DNA of 64,000 nucleotides from Glycera tridactyla (taxonomy: Eukaryota): positions 57,412,001 to 57,476,000 of the forward strand of contig OZ286467.1 in assembly GCA_965644265.1 (NCBI GenBank). The letters are read 5' to 3'. The position numbers and the translations under genes are program-made. Each line of letters starts with the position of its first letter. The first letter of the stretch is position 1. Below, piece after piece: positions 60,564-64,000 of the stretch. Below the pieces are notes generated by a model, which saw nothing but the letters and a program-made list of their open reading frames with translations, was not told the origin of the DNA and made no database searches.

Positions 60564-62515
60564 GGTACAACCAGCATTATTTGGGCTTTGTCCGTGATGA
60601 CTTTCTGTAGAACTTTCGGAATTATACTAAAAGGAGGGAAACCATAAATACTCAAATTAGTCCAACTGATAGTAAAAGCGTCAGTTGCCCATGCTTCAGG
60701 GTCAGGTTTCCATGCAACAAATGTAGGCAGTTGTGTATTCAAATGAGAGGCAAATAAATCAATTGTTGGAAATTTTTCCAAAATTTCACAAAACCACAAA
60801 AATATGTTGGGGTCCAAACGCCACTCGGTCCGATCATTGAAATGTCTGCTTTCAAAATCAGCATCTGTATTCAGTTCACCACTGATATGCAATGCAGACA
60901 ACCATATTTGTTTGGAAATTGCCCAAAACCAAATATCTCTTGCAATCAAATTGTTCTGCATGACACGACAACCACCCATATCATTAATATGGGCAATAGT
61001 AGTAATGTTATCCGATCTGATCTGAATGTGAACACCAGTATAATTCTTACATAATGCCCGAAGTCCATATTTAACTCCTAGGAGTTCACGAGCATTAATA
61101 CTGAGTAAATGTTCATTTTCACGCCAACGTCCATTTGCACGAAAAATGTTCTGAGAAGCTCCCCAGCCTTCATCAGAAGCATCAGTGAATATAACTACTG
61201 AAATGTCTTGTACAATAATTGGACGAGGATATTTGTGAGCATTATACAGCCACCAGAACACATCTTGTATTGCTTGAAAAGATAATACCATATGAACATC
61301 GAAATCACCATGAGAAAATTTCATAGCTTGATTTTTATCAAATTCAATGAAATGTTTGAACAAATATGCATATTTGACTCCAAGTCGACATGATTCAATG
61401 AGACCCAGAAATGACATGACTTGCCTGATAGTTGCACATCCCATTAAAAGAGGTTGAGCTTTTTGATGTAATTTGGTTATGCGTTTCTCTGTTAACCAAA
61501 CCAACATTTTATCTGAATCCAATAAAAAACCCAAATGTTCAATCTGATGACTCGGTTCAATACATGATTTTTCAAGATTCACTTTGAATCCGAGCTTCCG
61601 CAATAATGTTATAGCAACATGTAAATCATTCAGACATTTTTCTCTTGATGTAGATACCAGGAAAATATCATCAAGATAGTTGCATACTGAGATGCCTTGC
61701 TGTTGCAACGTTGACATAATAGGCTTCATGAGTTTTGTAAAAACTCTAGGCGAACTGGATAAACCTTGAGGTAATCCTGCAAATTGAAAATGACAATCTC
61801 GCCAAATGAATTTGAGAAATTTACGAAAACCAGGGTTTATAGCAATGGTAAAATATGCGTCCTGGAGATCGAGTGAAGCCATATAGGCGCCAGGAAATAA
61901 AAGTGCAACACATGTTTCCACAGTAGCCATTTTAAAATGGCGGTAAACTATTTGTTGTTTGATAGTACTTAAATTAATAATCATGCGGAATTTCTGTCCA
62001 TCTTTTTTCTGGCGCAAGAAAACCCGAGAATAGAAATCATGAGGTTCTGGTTGCGTGGGCAATATCACCCCTTGTGCCAAAAGTTTGTCAACTTGTTTGT
62101 CCATATGCAATGCCATGACTTCTGGCAGAACTGTGACAGGTTTGAATTTTTGATAAGGCAAATCAAAAAATTCTATATCCACTCCAAAAAATACATATGA
62201 TAAAATAATGGGATCAGATGTAATTTTACACCATTCTGAAATCGCATATGGTAATGAAGCAGCAACAAAAGGTTTATCTGGTGGTAAGGTACTCACATCT
62301 ATTGTTGTGTGTTCGGAGGAGGAAGAGCTGGCATCATTTGAGGCATTTGGAAATGTGGTTGGCTGGGAAACTGGGCAAAGTGCTGGTATCCCTGGAATTG
62401 TTGATACCTCTGGTTCTGTCGTCTGAAACGACCACCTTTGCCTTTCCTGTTGGAATAGCCAGTCCCCCTCTGAGACTTGCCTCTGCCTCGTCCTAAAAAA
62501 CCTCTGCCTCCTCTT
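60239..62515 (-). CDS. DIRS ORF2: reverse transcriptase, RNase H and Dam-like methyltransferase
   Basis: RT LDLQDAYF..LPQGLSSSPRVF..YLDD; RNase H FTDASDEGWG..ELLGV..SDN..NTDADFESR; MT IDLFAS..DAFT..IYGFPPF..VPWWPTQPWF. Frame open from 62515 (after TAA 62518-62516); first AUG lies ~60 codons after the GTG at 62296. Confidence 0.93.
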   Translation of the reverse strand, partial: KRRQRFFRTRQRQVSEGDWLFQQERQRWSFQTTEPEVSTIPGIPALCPVSQPTTFPNASNDASSSSSEHTTIDVSTLPPDKPFVAASLPYAISEWCKITSDPIILSYVFFGVDIEFFDLPYQKFKPVTVLPEVMALHMDKQVDKLLAQGVILPTQPEPHDFYSRVFLRQKKDGQKFRMIINLSTIKQQIVYRHFKMATVETCVALLFPGAYMASLDLQDAYFTIAINPGFRKFLKFIWRDCHFQFAGLPQGLSSSPRVFTKLMKPIMSTLQQQGISVCNYLDDIFLVSTSREKCLNDLHVAITLLRKLGFKVNLEKSCIEPSHQIEHLGFLLDSDKMLVWLTEKRITKLHQKAQPLLMGCATIRQVMSFLGLIESCRLGVKYAYLFKHFIEFDKNQAMKFSHGDFDVHMVLSFQAIQDVFWWLYNAHKYPRPIIVQDISVVIFTDASDEGWGASQNIFRANGRWRENEHLLSINARELLGVKYGLRALCKNYTGVHIQIRSDNITTIAHINDMGGCRVMQNNLIARDIWFWAISKQIWLSALHISGELNTDADFESRHFNDRTEWRLDPNIFLWFCEILEKFPTIDLFASHLNTQLPTFVAWKPDPEAWATDAFTISWTNLSIYGFPPFSIIPKVLQKVITDKAQIMLVVPWWPTQPWFATMVRLLSDFPVLFPNRHNLLYLTFDPERIHPLYPRLRILGVYLSGQHSQTLGFQNVLLEYVCNHGVRELGPNMGVTLENGQHLQRDGILIPFRRWKQM

Positions 62516-63789
62516 TTAGGATAAGGATAATATCTGTTGTCCTCCTTTTTCTTTTTCCCCAATTTCTGCGAAACTGAGTGTAAGGCAGCCATAGCTGTGA
62601 CCTTTTCCTCCAACTTGTCACCAAAGAGGAAAACCTGCTTCATAGGGTCATAATCATCAGGCCTGGTGCATATGGCATGATACCGATCATCAATGTAAGG
62701 GCGGAGCAAGTATTTACGTTGAGTTGAAAGTTCTTCATACTCTGTGACAGCAAGAGCAAACTGGGTTTTAATAGATGCAGCCACCTTTTTCGCAAAAGAA
62801 CCCTTGTTCTTTTTCACTTCTTGTAAAAGTTCAATTTGTTCAATAAGTCCTTTCAAGACACACAACTGGACTCTTTGTAGACGAGTGTCAATCTTACGAA
62901 TCGGACCAGGTATGTGAATCTTAACCTCCTCATTTGTTTTCTCTGTATCCAAGAGAAGCTTGCAGTTGAGTGGAGACTTAAATTGAGATAGGAGCACATC
63001 AACTTCTTTATCAGGAAGAGGTTTTGTGAACATTTCTACTAGTCTTTTGAGTAGATCTACATCCATGTCAGGTCCCCGCTTCGATTCCAGTTTGAACATA
63101 ACACCTAGTTCCTCCACAATCCCAGCAGTATAATCATCATCAACAATCTGAACATCCTCATCAGAGTCATCTAAGGCAAAAGGATCAACACCAGTAGGAG
63201 GACAAGACACAAACTGTCCTTCATCATCACTATCATCCACCCATTCACCTTCTTCTTCCTCTTCATCCGAAGGAGGAGCTCTAGATATAGTGCAAGAAGG
63301 AGCAACTCTGGGAATAGTATAAGAAGGTTGAGGCTGCCAAGCCCTGGCTACATCACGGTCAGCTAACAGTTTGTTCACAGAAGCAGTAAGAGACCCAACT
63401 TGACTCTGCATAAGGACCATGTTTTTCTCCATTCTGTCCATAGGAGAGGGAGAATGAGGAGTTTTCTTACCGCCATCTTTACTTTTAGCAGGTTTGCTCG
63501 AAGTATTCACCGATATTATGTCGGACTGGCTAGTTTTGTCGATAGTTCCGGTGTTTTTGTCGGCGGCTATACGACTCGAAGAGCGCTTGACAAACTGAGC
63601 ATGCTTCTCCGAACACGTTTTCGAACGTGTCGATTTATCCGGTTTAGGTGTCGTTGCTGGGGAATTAGATTCCTCCATGCTGACAATAACCGTCTTCTGC
63701 GGTGAACAAGAACGAGAGGAAACCTTAGCCTTTTTCTTCTCATTCATCATTTGCGGCTCGAGATCCGGCATATCTTCCTCGCTGGCCAT
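62299..63789 (-). CDS. DIRS ORF1, gag-like, ~496 aa
   Basis: ATG at 63789 (MASEEDMPDLEP); acidic tract, helical core (KIDTRLQRVQ..LSTQRKYLLRP..FLFGDKLEEKV) and RGG-rich C-terminus; position upstream of RT is typical of DIRS ORF1. Confidence 0.85.
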   Translation of the reverse strand: MASEEDMPDLEPQMMNEKKKAKVSSRSCSPQKTVIVSMEESNSPATTPKPDKSTRSKTCSEKHAQFVKRSSSRIAADKNTGTIDKTSQSDIISVNTSSKPAKSKDGGKKTPHSPSPMDRMEKNMVLMQSQVGSLTASVNKLLADRDVARAWQPQPSYTIPRVAPSCTISRAPPSDEEEEEGEWVDDSDDEGQFVSCPPTGVDPFALDDSDEDVQIVDDDYTAGIVEELGVMFKLESKRGPDMDVDLLKRLVEMFTKPLPDKEVDVLLSQFKSPLNCKLLLDTEKTNEEVKIHIPGPIRKIDTRLQRVQLCVLKGLIEQIELLQEVKKNKGSFAKKVAASIKTQFALAVTEYEELSTQRKYLLRPYIDDRYHAICTRPDDYDPMKQVFLFGDKLEEKVTAMAALHSVSQKLGKKKKEDNRYYPYPKRGGRGFLGRGRGKSQRGTGYSNRKGKGGRFRRQNQRYQQFQGYQHFAQFPSQPHFQMPQMMPALPPPNTQQ

Positions 63790-64000
63790 TGCGAACGCAA
63801 ATGACACGTCAACAATGAAAGTTGAGGAAGCCGACCATCAGCCAATCAGAATACGTTATTCCGGGGGAATGCGTTATGACGTCATTTGCCCGCGAAAATT
63901 TCAGCCAATCGTCGTTGGCGATTCAGAATTAGGTCATTGCGAGCTAAATATAGCTTCGTCGACCCCGGGAAACCCCGGTTTGACCTAAATACCTACTCGT

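Larger units (their letters stand above)
58889..64000 (-). mobile_element. DIRS1-like tyrosine-recombinase retrotransposon; left (5') terminal repeat outside the window
   Basis: Three overlapping or abutting intact ORFs (gag, RT-RH-MT, YR) in three different frames, followed by a 79-bp inverted repeat (58899-58977 / 59088-59166) like the DIRS ICR plus right terminus; no TSD seen. The exact 3' end (~58889-58899) is inferred. Confidence 0.92.

Noticed and set aside
1-64000. tRNA, rRNA or snoRNA genes
   Set aside because: None recognised by eye; the only tRNA-related sequence is the Gypsy PBS. A covariance-model scan was not run.

Overview
Eukaryotic (animal, invertebrate-like, AT-rich) genomic DNA with GT-AG introns; one assembly gap (N 26-182). 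Three spliced host genes were reconstructed by hand with consistent intron phases. (1) The 5' seven exons of mitochondrial dimethylglycine dehydrogenase DMGDH (- strand, ATG 14731, runs off the left edge). (2) A complete betaine-homocysteine S-methyltransferase BHMT (+ strand, 8 exons, 397 aa, 15540-39195), head-to-head with DMGDH across 808 bp; the two enzymes catalyse consecutive steps of betaine catabolism. (3) An unidentified ~740-aa-plus protein with coiled-coil, Q/P/G repeat, RS/RD and C-terminal RGG regions (- strand, 6 exons, 42756-58881). The introns are full of nested mobile DNA: a 2,665-bp solo LTR in BHMT intron 1; a 4.4-kb palindromic element built from two Academ-type 3' ends in the last BHMT intron, interrupted by a near-intact Ty3/Gypsy element with 112-bp LTRs; an intact-looking DIRS1-like tyrosine-recombinase retrotransposon (gag, RT-RNaseH-methyltransferase, YR) abutting the first visible exon of gene 3; and many MITEs and Helentron-like elements. 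Most short ORFs in the track are noise. All family assignments come from motif recognition, not database searches.
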